A DNA stretch of 64,000 bases from Microthyrium microscopicum (taxonomy: Eukaryota), in contig MU004239.1 of assembly GCA_010405405.1 (NCBI GenBank), positions 372,001-436,000 on the forward strand, given 5' to 3'. Below the pieces are notes generated by a model. It did not search any database. It saw only the letters and a program-made list of their open reading frames with translations, and had not been told where the DNA came from. Shown here piece by piece: positions 37,738 through 51,835 of the stretch. Position numbers and translations under genes: made by a program. Each line of letters starts with the position of its first letter. Position 1 is the stretch's first letter.

Positions 37738-40700
37738 TATGCTGCTTTGAGTGGTGAGCAGTGGGGTGTGGTGTTGACTTTGGCCAATAGGCATGGTGCC
37801 ATCCCCATTGAGATGCAGGTGGCCGGCAGCAGAAGAAATCTCTGCTTTGACGTAAATTTGTTGCTCCAAAATAACCCAATCCTTATCCTTTATCACCCAA
37901 AACAAACCAAGCTGATGAGTGTCTCGAATCTAATCGTCTTTGTGACGCGGCACGGCGTGGGTAGGATCTGATGCTATCGTTGGCTGCCGATGTTATCGGT
38001 CAACTCCCTTCCGTTACGGTTGTAGATCACTATTGAAAATAACCCGTCGGAAGCTTCTCGAATGACAGTACAGAAGCTCAAATCTCCCCTTTTCTCCGGA
38101 CTTTCAAAGCATTGGTTCACAAGCCAGCGGTGAGATATTTTCCGAGCGGTGCGTCCAGCACAAAACGGTAATCCAGGAACAATGCATTTTTAGCATCAAC
38201 GGCCAGAAATAGTGGCATAATTACCGTGTTTCTTCAGGTTTGTGATGGTGAAGATTGAAAAACCTTTTCTCAACGCCGCCCAATATTGCAAAAAGCTTTC
38301 TCCATCCAGACTCTTGCGGTTTTTACTGGCTGCTTACCAAGTTGATCCATTGAATCCTGCACGCCGAGCAGGCGGCGTTGAAAAGCTGCATGATATATGC
38401 AAGCTACGACTGGTTGACTGCGGCGGGTTTGTGCAAGCCCACAGTGCCTTTTCACCTGGTACCTGGTGCCTTGCAGGACTTGGGATCCATGTTACTCAGA
38501 TTGGACTTCACTGCTTGTGATGGGCGCGACAAACATATTTGTGAGTTCTAATTTTGAGCGCGGTTTGTGCCGCGCATAGTTTACAATCGACCAGAAAACC
38601 TGGGTATTGATTCTCTACTACTGCATTTTCTACCATCAATATTCCGAGGTAGGTCCATGCTGTGCAACGGCTGAAGCACTGGCAGCTATCTTCTGGGACT
38701 TGAAGTTATGCAACATTGCATAACGGAGGGCATTAACGGAAGAGAATGTAAAGTTTAGCGCATTTCCCTTTGATAGGCATAAATCGCGTCAACAAAAGAA
38801 AGAACTGATACATACTAAAGCTCAAGGGTCTGAGATTTCCGCGTTCTGTCCCACTCTTGGAAAAGAAAAGTGCCTCGCGTCTGGGTTGAAATTTGGGGAA
38901 GGCAGAGCAACTCCACCAAAAACCAGATTTGCGGAACGTGTTCGTTGTAAAGTCTCAGAATAATAGGCATGGATCTTGTCAAACATTGCAATTTTGTCGT
39001 AATCTTTTGCAAATTGCCACGTCCAGGTTGCAGTGATGGCCACGTTCACAAGTACTTTTAGTTTTATGAAGTAATCAGACTAGCAGTTGGGCGACACGAT
39101 GAAATGCCTGGTCGGAAATGACCGCGTGTATCGGATTCCGAATTTAGGATTGCAAACTTGTCGAAGATGGGGCAGAAACTTTAATGTCTCACTCGGCTTT
39201 GTACACAGTACAAGGTCTTGTCGCACCAACATTGTTCATGATGAGAGTTTGAAAGCTTCATCATCCCAAAGTGCTGTTTGACCATTATGAATTGGCTTGC
39301 GAATAGACACGCTACACCAACAGTCGAATCCACATCATCGGCATTAAAAGCGTTGAGATTCTGAGATCGCCACATTAGGTACGTGGAGAAAACGCCAATC
39401 ATGAGCTTATCGATATGGTACCTTGCCAGTGCGAAAAGCGTGCTGTAAAATGCCGCGATAAGATCAGAACAGCTGGTTTTAGTTTTAGCTAGGGAAATGG
39501 CCGTCAAATGTCCATGGATCATGGATGAACACACGCCTCCATCCTCGTTCCTGGTCTACGGGTTCTGCAATCCAGAAAGTTGCGGTAGCATATCCTGGGT
39601 TTTTCCAACTGGGACAGCATATCAGGCCCGGAGTTACGCTGCCTTGCACATCAAAGGTCGTCATTTTAGACACGGCAGTTGTCGCGGCCGGACTACCAAG
39701 CACTCCAGTTCTCGAGCTTTGCGCGACGATAGAGTCCGAAAGGTAGGTATGGATTATTGGCCTTACGCGGTGGTACGTCTTGCGACCGCTGCTCACTATT
39801 GGATGAGCTGGGGTTGTTCACGAAATGCTCGCATGCTGTCCTCGCAACCTATACCTTTTTATAGAAGGTTTCTGGAAACACCAGAAGGTTACACTTATGC
39901 TGTGTTACCTCGATCATCTGTCATGTGCATGTTCAATCGGGAGAGGCGCGATTTCTATCGTGAGCTATCAGATCAAATGTTTTAAGAGTATGGAAAAGTG
40001 GTGTGTAGCCTGTCAGCTTCCAGCCTTACCAGCAGTTTGACATTTCAAGGCTGAAGTGAACTTGGTCTAGCATGTGGAATACCTTACCCGATAGTGGACA
40101 CATTATTCATGAAATTGGGAGTTCTTTGATGCTTCTCGGCTGGGGTATCGAAGATTAAGCGAACATTATTTGGATGATTATGTTCTATTGAACTGATCTA
40201 AATGATCCAGCTGTGTTCTGGCTCAGGGGTAGTACCATCAGAATGGTAAAGTTGAGGTCTTAGTTCATTCAGGATGTATTCTTCGCAAACTTGCAGTAGC
40301 GCACCAAAATCTGATCCTGTTCCTGCGTTAGATCGATCAGTTTTGGAAAGCGAAAGGAGCCGAGCATCGAACCACAATAATGACGAGTTCAAAAACTCAA
40401 AAGATTTTGAGGATGAAGAACTGTTCTCAGAAATTTTCAAAGATCCGGTCGCAACCGTACCTGCATGGTGGATCAAATGCGCGGTTTGAACCTTACTCCC
40501 TGCAATGTAAAATTAGCCAGTCCTGTCATAAAAATTATCAATGTTATGATGGATCACACTCTGGCATTATCCACTTGTGCAAACTCTTCGAAATTGTGAT
40601 CAAGCATGGCATCCTGACCCTCCACAATACAGGGTAGGCGAGGAATTTATTGGATTCATATCCTATTACCTGGTACGATAGGTTAGAGGTAACTTCGATG

Positions 40701-43700
40701 AACGATTCATCAGTGTCTTATCCAAGCTATCGGATCTTGACTCAAGGTCTGGGAATTCCAGATTCCTGCTTCTGGGTTAGTTGCCCACATACTCTCTCGA
40801 TCAGCTGAAAGGCGTTCAGCTTGTTGACCTATCGCGAAGAGTAGATTGCGAGAGAAAACGATATTCATTTCTCTTTTTACGCCTGTCTCGGTCCATCTTG
40901 CCTTGCCCCAATCTTTGCTGACACGCCTAAGCTACAGTGGGCAAGGTATGGCTTCATTAAGCACAGTTTGGCGTTCCATATCTTCAGCCCACCTAGAACT
41001 AAAACGTCTCCACGATGGCAAAACTGGGTAAAAAACCGTAAAAGATTGATTAATCTGGCGCCATCGCTGGGTCGTGAACCAGCGGGTTAAAGTTCCTGTC
41101 CGGTTCCATTCGGTTCCAGACACCAGCTGCACGGAGCAGTAGTTTCTCTCTCTATCGGAACAAAATGCTGTGTTCCCCGGCGCCGTTGCGGTGGTTGGGA
41201 CACGCCAGCAACGCCATGGTGGCTTTCCACGCCGCCATCAGGGTCTTAGCAAGTCAGGAACGGTCTTGCTTGTGGGGACCAAAGTCAGATTTGGTGATAT
41301 CGGGCCCGTGAAAGAACATGGAAAGCATAGCGATATCATCCGTTTTCATCACTTGAAGCTCACTGACTTGGAGTTGGGATACTGATAGACGTAAAGTCAA
41401 GATTCGACCGCTCAAAAGTGTAAAAGCGCAGACGGGAATGCATGGTTCCTGCATATCCCCGGCCGATCACCGCCGGTCCTCGAATGAGAGTTGCTGAGCT
41501 GTGGTACCCACCACTTGAGTTGAACCTTACAGAGGAGCCCTGCACGGAACGACAACCCGATGAGCTGGTAAGTAGTGGTGGCTCGGCACATGGAAACGCT
41601 AAGTTGGCTTCCTATTGGACCCTTGGGCCAATCCTGTCGGCGGGCGCCGCGAGGGAGCATTCCCGCGATCCTTGCGCGTGCTGGCGAAGCCTTCATGGCC
41701 GGCTCGGCCTACCCACCTTTAGTGAGAGAGCTCTTAAACATCGTGATTGGCGTCGACTCTGAGAGGGCTTGACCAGGCTCTCCGGCATGGCTTGTTTTTT
41801 GGCTCCTCTCTATTTTCAAACTTACCAAGCGTGTGGACAGATTTATTACGCTAGTCTGAGCTTGTGTGGTGGATTGGTTTTGTCTATCTGGGAAAGTGGC
41901 AGATGGAGGCGAAGAAGAAATTTTAAGAAATAAGTTCTTGAGATTCATCGTCCGAGCCAATGAAAATGCACGTTTAGAACATAGCATATGAACCGTGTGG
42001 GGAGGATTCGTGGAAATCCACGTTCCAAACTTCTTATGTGTCCTACAATGTGGTACGCTGATATGACCCACACCTCTTTTGGCCAAGGCATCTTACAGGT
42101 TCAGTGAACTTTGACGGTTCGGGCAGGACGGACGGCATAGGCGCATCAACGTTGATGGGAAACAGATGTGGTGCATGATCAAAGATTTAATATAGGCATT
42201 GAACGGGCCAAACGCCCATCGTGGAGAAGGGTTGGAGGATCTAGGAGAATCTGTGACCAGTCAATCTGGCAGAATGATATTAAATCACAGCAGCAGAGAT
42301 CTCAGGCATTCTGGTTCGTCGATCCAATGCCACGGTCCAATAGGCGCGCAACCAATATGCAGGCTGCTTTGCGTTCAACACCACGGGCGCCTGTCTCGAC
42401 GTCGATATATTTGCTCAGCCGTTGAGCGTGAGAAAGGGCATTATCCAGTGACAAAAGGAAGCTTGATGAATGTATTATGATACGACAATGAGATTTTCAA
42501 TAGCGAAAAGAAATTGCGTTTAGCGGTGCAGTATCTCGCAAGTTGTCGCAACACAAAAGCGATATGTATCATCCCCCACTCTAGACATGGTCACCTTGTT
42601 CATGAACGTAAGATAGAGAAAAAGCATGCCCATGATTGTATCAATAAGCTTCGGAAACCGAAATAATTCATGTAGTGCTCTGCAAGTTCTTTTAACTACG
42701 TGTGTGAAGTTCAAGCAAGAACTGGGTGGCATCTAGGGCAATGTTATTGCAATCATACCGTACATCACTAATTGCGGCAACGGGATAGTGAGAATTACAG
42801 CCGTGAACATTGAATGGATTTACGCCTGCTACACAGTTTCCATGTTGGTGACACATAGCAGGCACGTCACATGAATATTGAAGTTGATGCTGCATCATTA
42901 TGCATACTGCTTACCAGACCTCGAAAATAATACTGCTCTTGCCTCTTGAGTTCTCGGTGTACTGGTTGGTAGAAGTGGAAAGTGCAACTGTCCAGTGGCA
43001 ATGATTGAAACTGATCCTAACTTCTCCCCATCTCTCCCCCGCCAGAAGAAACAACACAATCACACCATATCTCTCAAAATACTACCATCATCCTGCATCA
43101 TTTACCTTTTTTCTCGTACTTTATGCTTCCTATTCGCCTGCAATCTCAGGTCAGAACCGAGGCCTCGACTCTGGAGATGGATCCAGGCGAGCAACACCAC
43201 TCGCCACCAACCCATGAAGCGAGTAATCAATGCAAGTGAATTATGCTTGCTTGCGCTCGATAAACTAGCAACGATATTCCTATGGACCAGGTAGACAACC
43301 CGCAAGTTATTTTTGATTTCTCGACTTTCAAATTTCATGCAGTGCTCAATAGAACCTGGTAGTACCCAGCGCAATCGATTACGATAGGTCTCTTGGCCGC
43401 GTACTGGTCAGTCGCCCAGCCAGTCAGGGCTCAGAGCACTCTATCCCCACTCGCACTGGTCAAAGCATCAGGCCCGTAGGTTTGGAGCACTTGTGATCTC
43501 TTGTGATATGTCTCAGCTATCGATTACTGTCCGCAACGACACCGTGATGGGCGCGATGATAGGCGCCGCCTCGGGATCCTGTGGGGAGAGCGAGATGGAG
43601 ACTCGATTTATGGTGCTCAATGCTCGTTGCTGGATACAGAACTACTGGTTCTATCCTTGTTGAAGAAGAGCAACTACGGACGGGCACTGCGGACATCCGG

Positions 43701-45433
43701 TCGACAAGCCGCGGTGATGGCGGCATTGACAGGTGCACCTGGAGAACACTTGTACGGTCACGTCGAAAAGATCATTTGGTTTACGCTTGTGCTTCGTTAC
43801 CAACGACGCATTGTTCATATCCTTGGGCAGACTTTCGCCTTCCACACGACCTTCTGGAAGCGGGAAGTGCGCGTGGGCAAACAAAGATGGTGCATACTCA
43901 AATCAGAGAGTGCTACAAAAGTACACTCCACTACGGACATGACTCTTTTAAGAAGCAACGCACTTTGAAAGAAAGAAAACCATTCCAGAAGGAAATGTTC
44001 CCCAGTCCTTTTTGGGAATCTGGGATAACAGCAAAATGATCTGCCAGATTCAAGTCGGGGACATTGAGAGCGGCAAGCGCGATATGTGATTGGGTAGAAA
44101 TACAACCAGCGGCTCACGACTATAGGGCGGCTCAGGGCTGGTAATATTGAGAATATTGACACAGGGTAACGAGTGTGCGGCGTGTGTACTAATGGGATCT
44201 TGGCCTCCCCGAAGCTGTGATCCATGCAGCGGGTTGGAACAGTGGGAGGATTGTGGCTTTGATATAGTGAACCCTGGATGCTTGAACAGGCAAAGGGTCT
44301 TTGGTCGAATGTCTATCTCAAGGTTCTCACCACGTCCGACGGCTCAGAAGAGTATCCAAGCGATTGCTCAACTGCCTCACTGCTCAAGACTGAAATCGAG
44401 TTCTGGCCTAGCAGACTGGGGTCGATTGTGCTTTGAGCGAGTCAGCATCGACAAGACTCGGCTCAGCTGCAGACGGCCAGGGACGCCTCAGCTGGGCGAC
44501 AGCGTCTGTGCCGCCGCCATGGCGCCGCCGCGACCGACTGGCCCGCGGGCCAAAAGCTAAAAATCATTACGATATGGTGATGGTCGACCGGGTCATACAA
44601 ACAGATAGTGCGGTAATTTACTAGTAAGTACCTGAGTATCGTGCAGACTGGTCTCTGGCGAGAAAGAAAAACGAGGCGCACGCCAGGCTGTGCGGCCATC
44701 GTCGTCCTTCCCGATTTCCCCAGCACGCCTATCCCACGACCCACTCGTCGACGACTGGTTAGACTGGTTAGTTACTGGACCCGTCGCAGACGGACTGGCA
44801 AACTGCACCGCAAGCACCCCATGTCCAGAAAGTCGAGCCACTCGTAGCCTAAGCTGCACGTCGTAGCCTGCGTGTCGTTCCTGAGTGGCAGCGCGGATTC
44901 GCATGTCTCTCCCATCCTCCCACTGTTGGTCAGACTTGGTGCGAGGCCCCACCCAGAAGACCGTACCTGGACTTGTCTTGCGCCAAAGTCCATTCGGTGC
45001 CATTCGGTGCCAGGTCCTTGTCCTCGACTTTCTTCTTTTCGACCCGCCGATGCCCGTTCTGCCACCTCTTTTCCCACGGACACTACTTATGTAGAGCAAG
45101 CCCCAGTCCCTCTTTTGTTCTTCCTTGCGACTACCCACTATCGTCATCGCGGTCGACTCTCTTGACTCGCTTTGTTTTATTCTCTCTTATTTAGTTTCAG
45201 ATAGTTCGATCGAGCAATCGTTTGTCTATCAGCCTTTCCTTTATACTCAGCCTTCTACCGCCTCATCGTCTTTTCAACTCTTCAGCCTAGCATCTAGCAT
45301 TAGCTGTTGCATACTGTCCTTCATTGTCAATCAACTACCACGAAGCATATTTACTGTCATACACGCCATATTGGAGTAATTCATAGTGTCCATTACCATC
45401 CCTCAATCAGATATCATCATACCAACTACCGCC

Positions 45434-47392
45434 ATGGAAGCCCCATACCCCCAACAAGTGCAATTCAGCGCACCATTCTTCTACTATCACCCAGATCCAA
45501 ATTCGGACAACCGCCATCATGGACAGTTTACTCCACACCCACAGTCCACTCCTTACGAACAACAGCAACACATGCACGCGATGCCAGTCTCTCAATCTAT
45601 TCCAGTGTATCATCAGCAAGCGCTTGAACGGCCAGGTTCTGCTGGTCTGTATCACAATGTGTCCATGTACGCACAAGCATCACTTATCACACCAGCACAA
45701 TCACCAGTTCCTTCCCATAAACCACATATTGTTGTCCAACACGATTCTCCAATGCCATTGACAGTGGACACGGACTGCATTGTACCATCAACACCACCTC
45801 TGTCTACCTGTGGAACGGGTAGTGCAGTCAGCAGTCCCCCATCAACCTGTGATATTATGTCAACGCCAATCTATGGTTCATTCAGCTTGGACAATGGAAA
45901 GCCTGGTCATGATGAAGATGTGATGGCCGAGATCCTCGCCGGCGAGGATTCTTGGAGCTGCAACATGGACTCTCCAATGATGAAGCCTGGTAAGTAAACC
46001 ACACTCATGATCTGCTACTAGCTTGCAAGGCATTGAAATTAGATTGCACTTGTGCTGGATTGGCACAGGGCAACTGTTGAAATGCTTGGTTGCAAATGAA
46101 GCTTGGGCGATGCATGTTTCCTGGTGCAAATCTTGATCCCTGATGACAGCGGGCTAACTTCGGATATAGTTAGCGCCAATCTCGTGCAGGTCAACGTCAA
46201 GCTTGAGAGCTCTCCACCTCAAACTTCAGGACCGTACCGTGCAGCCTATCTACGCAGCATTGCTTCAGAGTGTCCTTCTCTCTCTCCTTCGCCCACGCCT
46301 ACTCCACAAACCACCCAGCACTCCGCTGAGTCGGCACAGGCTTTTTGCGATCCTCGCGCTCTTGCTGTTTCTGCTGTTTCTTCTCCCGTATTTCCCCAAC
46401 TACCTACTCTCTGCCCTGAGCCTGGTGTCGACGAAGCACGCCAGTGGCTTCTACGAGGTGATCTACTTTCCTCTCCTCAAACTGAGGATTTCAAAGTACT
46501 CACTCCAGAGGAAATTCTAACTCAATCCCATCTGCTTTCGCCAATCTACGAGCCACTCTTTGAGCTCGAAGCAGAAGACGATCTTTCTTCAATCACACAG
46601 TTCCGTCCATCGGATAACATCAACTTCGTCGGCCACAAGCGCCAGCGCACTGAACTCATATCTTTCAAGGACGAAGACTGGAGCTCCTCTGACTCATCAT
46701 CTGATTTCGACGACCTCTCCAGCCCTGGCCTCATCACTCCATGCGACTCTGATATCTTTGACATGTCAGACGTGCATGTCGCCAAGCGCTCGAAGCGCAA
46801 CTCGCGCCATGAGCTTGACGACTCGGAGTACAGCCATGCCAACGAAGGATCCTCCAACCAAGACTCTGGCAACTCTGCTCAATCTCCAAATGCTGATGAC
46901 GATATGCCCGGCAGCTCCGAAGATCCAGAAACTCCTGCTGGTACCACTGCCCCAGGCACCCCTGCTTCGCACCCAATCAGCCGCCGGGGACGCAAACAGT
47001 CATTGACCGAAGACCCTTCTAAGACATTTGCTTGCGATCTTTGCTCTAGAAAATTCAGACGACAAGAACATCTCAAGCGCCACTATCGCTCACTTCACAC
47101 TGGCGAGAAGCCATTTGAATGTAACGATTGCGGCAAGAAGTTCTCTCGCTCTGACAATCTTGCTCAGCACCAGCGCACGCACGGTTCTGGTAGCATTGTC
47201 ATGGGAGTACTAGATGCCCCAATGATGCTTGGTTACCCTCAAGATGCTGCTGTCATTGGCAGCCTCATCTTCGAAGCTACCACGTCTGCTACGCTATCAT
47301 ATCCAAGCAGTGCCTCTTCAGTGGCTACCATTTCCGATCAAGAGATGCACTCTGATTCGAAACTCAAGAAGCGCAAGCGCGGCGTTGAGTAA
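45434..47392 (+). CDS. seb1: Msn2-like C2H2 stress-response transcription factor (Seb1/MsnA family)
   Basis: N-terminal PFFYYHPDP...[45 protein letters not shown]...[14 protein letters not shown]; intron 45990-46169. Confidence 0.9.
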
Positions 47393-50300
47393 CTTGTTGG
47401 TCATTAGCATCAGCCAGTGGTTCTTCCTCATCAACCTAACGATCCTTCACGAAGTCTTATGTCTCATTATACGTCAGTCATGCCAAGGGAGGCACAGTCA
47501 CCCTTGCACACCATAGAGTTGGCTCGATCCATCAAAAGTTGTTTTTAAACCTCGTTACATCCCAGTGTACCCTGTATACTGTTTAGTCCTTCTATCCCTT
47601 TGCAGTCTTTGCACTTGGGAAGTGTGTTTTATACTTCATATCATAACCAAATCATGGCATTCGCTTGCACTGTTTGGTAACTTGTACTTTTATTTCTACT
47701 GTACCATTGGTTCATTGTCGACTTCGACCTTTTTTCTTCTCTTTCTTTGACATACTTGTCTTCCTTTCCGGCCTTCACACTTCGTGTTGGCCACTCCTGT
47801 TGGGACTGCAAAGGGATAGCTCGCGTGGAAAGTGTGCTGGCACATTTATTCAGCTGCATTCGCCTCGTAACAGCGATTAGTTTAAAGTCTAAACCTTAGC
47901 TATAGCATACGCTTCTCTGAAGCCAAAAACAATACAATCCCATTGATTAATCACTACTATCTCTTACACTGTGAAGCTTTGCGACTATCATGTGATGACG
48001 ACCACTACATCTTGATGAACTTGTCATTTCTCATCCATAGACTCTTGGTACAGAAGGCTGAAGTCTAATTACATCTCCACGCTCAATGGCCTAAACCACG
48101 GCGATGGGTATATCCGAGCCATTGGTTCCGCTCTTGATCTTTGATAAGGCTCACCATCAAAACAAAAGAAAACGGCTTACACGGGCACATTAAAAAGTAT
48201 TGGGACGCCTCATATTACGAAAACGCTAATCTCATATTCGGTACCATCTACCGTTGCTTTTGCACGCAAGATACTGTTTTCTGGCAGCCGCCGAATCCCG
48301 CTTTTACTTTAAGCACATCTTATATTTGTAAGGCTATATGCTTTTGACACAAGTCATTCTAAATTACTAGAGTAGTGCCCCAGTAGCGCCTAGTGAAAAA
48401 CAGCGAGCCCCATGAAGCCATTGATCATGCGATTTGGGTAAACGAAAAGACTATACGCTACTGATACTAGTAGTAGCAAATACTCTAACCCACGACACAC
48501 CCTCGCCCAATACTACCGCGCCTTTAAGGCTGATATTGCCTCGTGGCCTGCACGACTCACGCGAACTAGCTTTCCTTAGACTCCCCATAATGTTTCCTCT
48601 CGCCTTCCTGATAAACAGTTCCTGCAAACTCCAAGTAATTTCGCGCAAATGTTACTGTGCCAATAGCGCGTACAGAAACGAAATAAATTGCACACTTACA
48701 CGATTTGCAACCATTGGTATTGTTTCCTAGTAGCCTTGTAGATGAATTGTTTGTAAACGGTGCATACGTGCAATTGGATTAGATAGACATGGGTGGTTTT
48801 TGGCGTTTACAAACAACGCAATTAAATCATGGAAACGTAATTTATGCAACCCGCTGTCCAACTGCGCAGCTGTAGTAGAGTTTAGGCCGCTTTATAGGTT
48901 GTCTATTTGTTTCGTGTGTGGCGTTGAAATTCTCTAGTCATGGCTCACCATGCAGCGTAACTGGGATGGTTTGCGCGCAAAACTCTATTTTCACCTACAT
49001 ACCTGGTTCCGTAACTCCAGTCCCACTTCCTTCCTCCAAAGCCTAGGACCATGATCGATTAAATCCTGGCGATGCCATGTGTTGCGCGCAAGCAAGCAAG
49101 CATTCTCCGCATGGCGGTTTGATATAGCGCTGTATTTGCATCCTCTGAAAATGATGCGCGGCTGGGTTTCTTTCTGCGTGCGGGTTGGGACTTGGCGTAC
49201 GATCGCGGTGTGTGTTTGCGCGCGCGCGCGACTCATGATTTATGCGACGGATTTTGACGTGCTGTCACTGTCACTTGCTACAGCCTAGGTACCTAGCTGT
49301 CAAACTATCTGCCATTATTACGCAGCCACCCGCCGTCAGCGGATGGGTGTGGCGGCGTGTCTTCAGTGGCAGGTTGCATCGGCGGAGGCCTCACGAGTGT
49401 GGTGTGGGCGATTCATGGCGCCGCTGATGATGGTGGAGCTGTTGTTTCAGTGGTGATGCATGACGGGTTCGTGGTAATAGTCTGTGATCCTTATGCCATG
49501 TGGTTGGCGACGGTTGAGGCGTCTGGGGAAGCGTTGAGATTTGCATGGCGAGTTTGGGTGCTGGTAAGTGTAGTCTGCTGCAGAGTCGGAGTGGCGGGCC
49601 GTTGGGGTGATAGAATCTGGGACGTGAAACGGGTGACGCTTAGAGGAGATGGATGCGATAGGATTACTATAGGTGATGGGTACATATCTAAATCGTTTCA
49701 TCGCTGGGTTGATATCTTGTAAAGCTCGGGTGGTCAAGAGAAGGAAGGTCTAGGTATTGAATCGTGTCTTATGTCATTATATCTCTATTGAGTACGAGAT
49801 ATTCTTCCAATTGGTCATTATGGATCTCTCCTCTTGTTGTCATATCTTCTCTTCGTAAAACGGCAGAGCGTTCTCTGTATATTAAGCCGGCATGAAACTA
49901 TACTCAGTGAATCTAAAATGGGAAAGCAAACAGCTTCGCCTTGAAAGTTCATATTCAAGGCCGACCATTTTGTCATCGAATTGGTCGGTATTATGTCAAT
50001 ATCCCAGCCTTTCTCTTGATGCTCGACGACAGGAACGTTGGCAACAATCTTTGCACTAATTCATTCTGATCATGGCAGATGCTATTTGTTACCTAGGTAC
50101 AGTCGATAATGTCACATGTATGTATTGCGATTAACTCAGAGGATGAGAAAGAAGTGACATGCGGTAAGTGAACGCGCCCATCTGAAGTTATCCCTTTGAG
50201 CTTTTATATCAGCACTTGATTAGGCATAGGTACGTCTCATGTTCTCCCATGTCCTTTGATCAAGTGCCTTCGCACAGCAATAATCATCCATATTTCACTT

Positions 50301-50805
50301 CAAATTTACGCCATTAACCGTTCAGTGCCAATGGACAAGCTGTTCACAGTATGTCAAAGTGCCAGACTCTTGTGACTGACTTTGTTATATGATCAACGTG
50401 ATAACGCTGAGTGGCCTCGTATCTTCACTCGCTGAACAAGGCTGCTGCCCAGAATCTTTACGCCCGACCAGTGAAATCAAATATTTCAAATGTCATCAAC
50501 AAATATGCTCTGCCTACGAAAACTTCTTTCCTCAACCTTCAGTGATCATTCTGCATGTCTTTAAACCACAAATCCTCCGACACAGACAGCCAAAGATCAT
50601 CACAATCAAAGACTCCAGCATACCACATAGATTTGAGAGCTAAAAATCAATTCACTCGATTTCAACGAACGAGGTACATCCCACAACAACCTTCAAGCTA
50701 GACATTTCAGGACACAAACACTAAATTCTGGCTGCCTTCAATATTACCATTTCGCTCACAGGGACCAAGTAGGAATAGAATTTCAAACCCGGTCCTCGAG
50801 TAACC

Positions 50806-51835
50806 ATGCCATTTACATTTCACTCGCCCGCCAGTCAACCGATTCGCTGTCCTTTGGGGCGTGAAATTCACGAGATACTGCACGAGTAAGTTGACGGACG
50901 CCCTGAAGCACATAAGAACAGCTTTGCTCATTTCAACAGGGAGTATTATGCAGGCGAAAATCTTTCTTTTAGCATACAATGTGCAGAAGGAGAAGTCGTG
51001 AAATGTCACAAGGTAGTCGCCCAGGCAGGTAGCAAAGTCATGCGCGAGTATCTACAAAGCTGTCAGGTGAGTAATTATAACTTGTGCACGAGAAGTATGC
51101 TGATTCTGAGTTAGTCTGATAGCTATGATCAGCCAGACTCGGAAAAGTATCCAGCCTTGTACGTAAAGGAGATCGTCCGATTCTGGTACACGGGATTCTA
51201 CGCCTACAGCGACATGGAGGCGAACCAAACTTTCAGTTTGCCATGGCCATTGCAGCTCCAAAGACTCAAGCATCATTTTGCGGTAAGCCCTGGCCTTTGT
51301 ATATTATCCTTGTGATGACTCTACTAATATTCAAACCGAGTAGATTGGCAAGTGCGCTTCGGCACTAGGGGTAGAAAAGCTACCTGGATTCGCCATAGGC
51401 TTCTTTGAACAAGATCTCTCAACAATGTCCTTCGACATGGACTTGACGAGCGAAATCGCAAAGTGGCTGGTCAGTCAGGGTGAGCCAGAACAACAATTTG
51501 TCTGGGTCTTCCTGGTCTGGTGGGCGAAGGCGGTCCACGATGCATACCCAATATTGACGAACTATGAGCATTTGTGGAACATCACTGTCGAATTTATCAA
51601 GACGTATCAATGTTTGGGATTTCAATTCCAGGGGAAAATGCTATTTGAGTTGATGGTGCAGTACGAAAAACATTTCAAGGCAAACCTGGAATGTCGATAC
51701 TGCAATTCTGATACTCCTATTGACAAACTCAAGCCGACTGATATCTCAACCCGCAACTTGGTTATCTGCAATTGTGAGCGGAAGTGCGAGCTGTTGTTGG
51801 GTGTCAATTGTCCTTCTCCACCACCAAGTGCCTGA
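50806..51835 (+). CDS. Divergent BTB/POZ-domain protein (4 exons; only the last exon is in the ORF track)
   Basis: Spliced FSIQCAEGEVVKCHKVVAQAGSKVMREYL...VKEIVRFWYTGFY; three GT-AG introns keep frame into ORF 51425-51835; true start uncertain. Confidence 0.7.

Noticed and set aside
38242..41454. Scattered 60-160 aa ORFs as a possible gene or pseudogene
   Set aside because: No recognisable domain and no consistent splice model; many stops in all frames.
49218..49230. (GC)n run with Z-DNA potential
   Set aside because: Only about 13 bp; a simple microsatellite with no supporting context.
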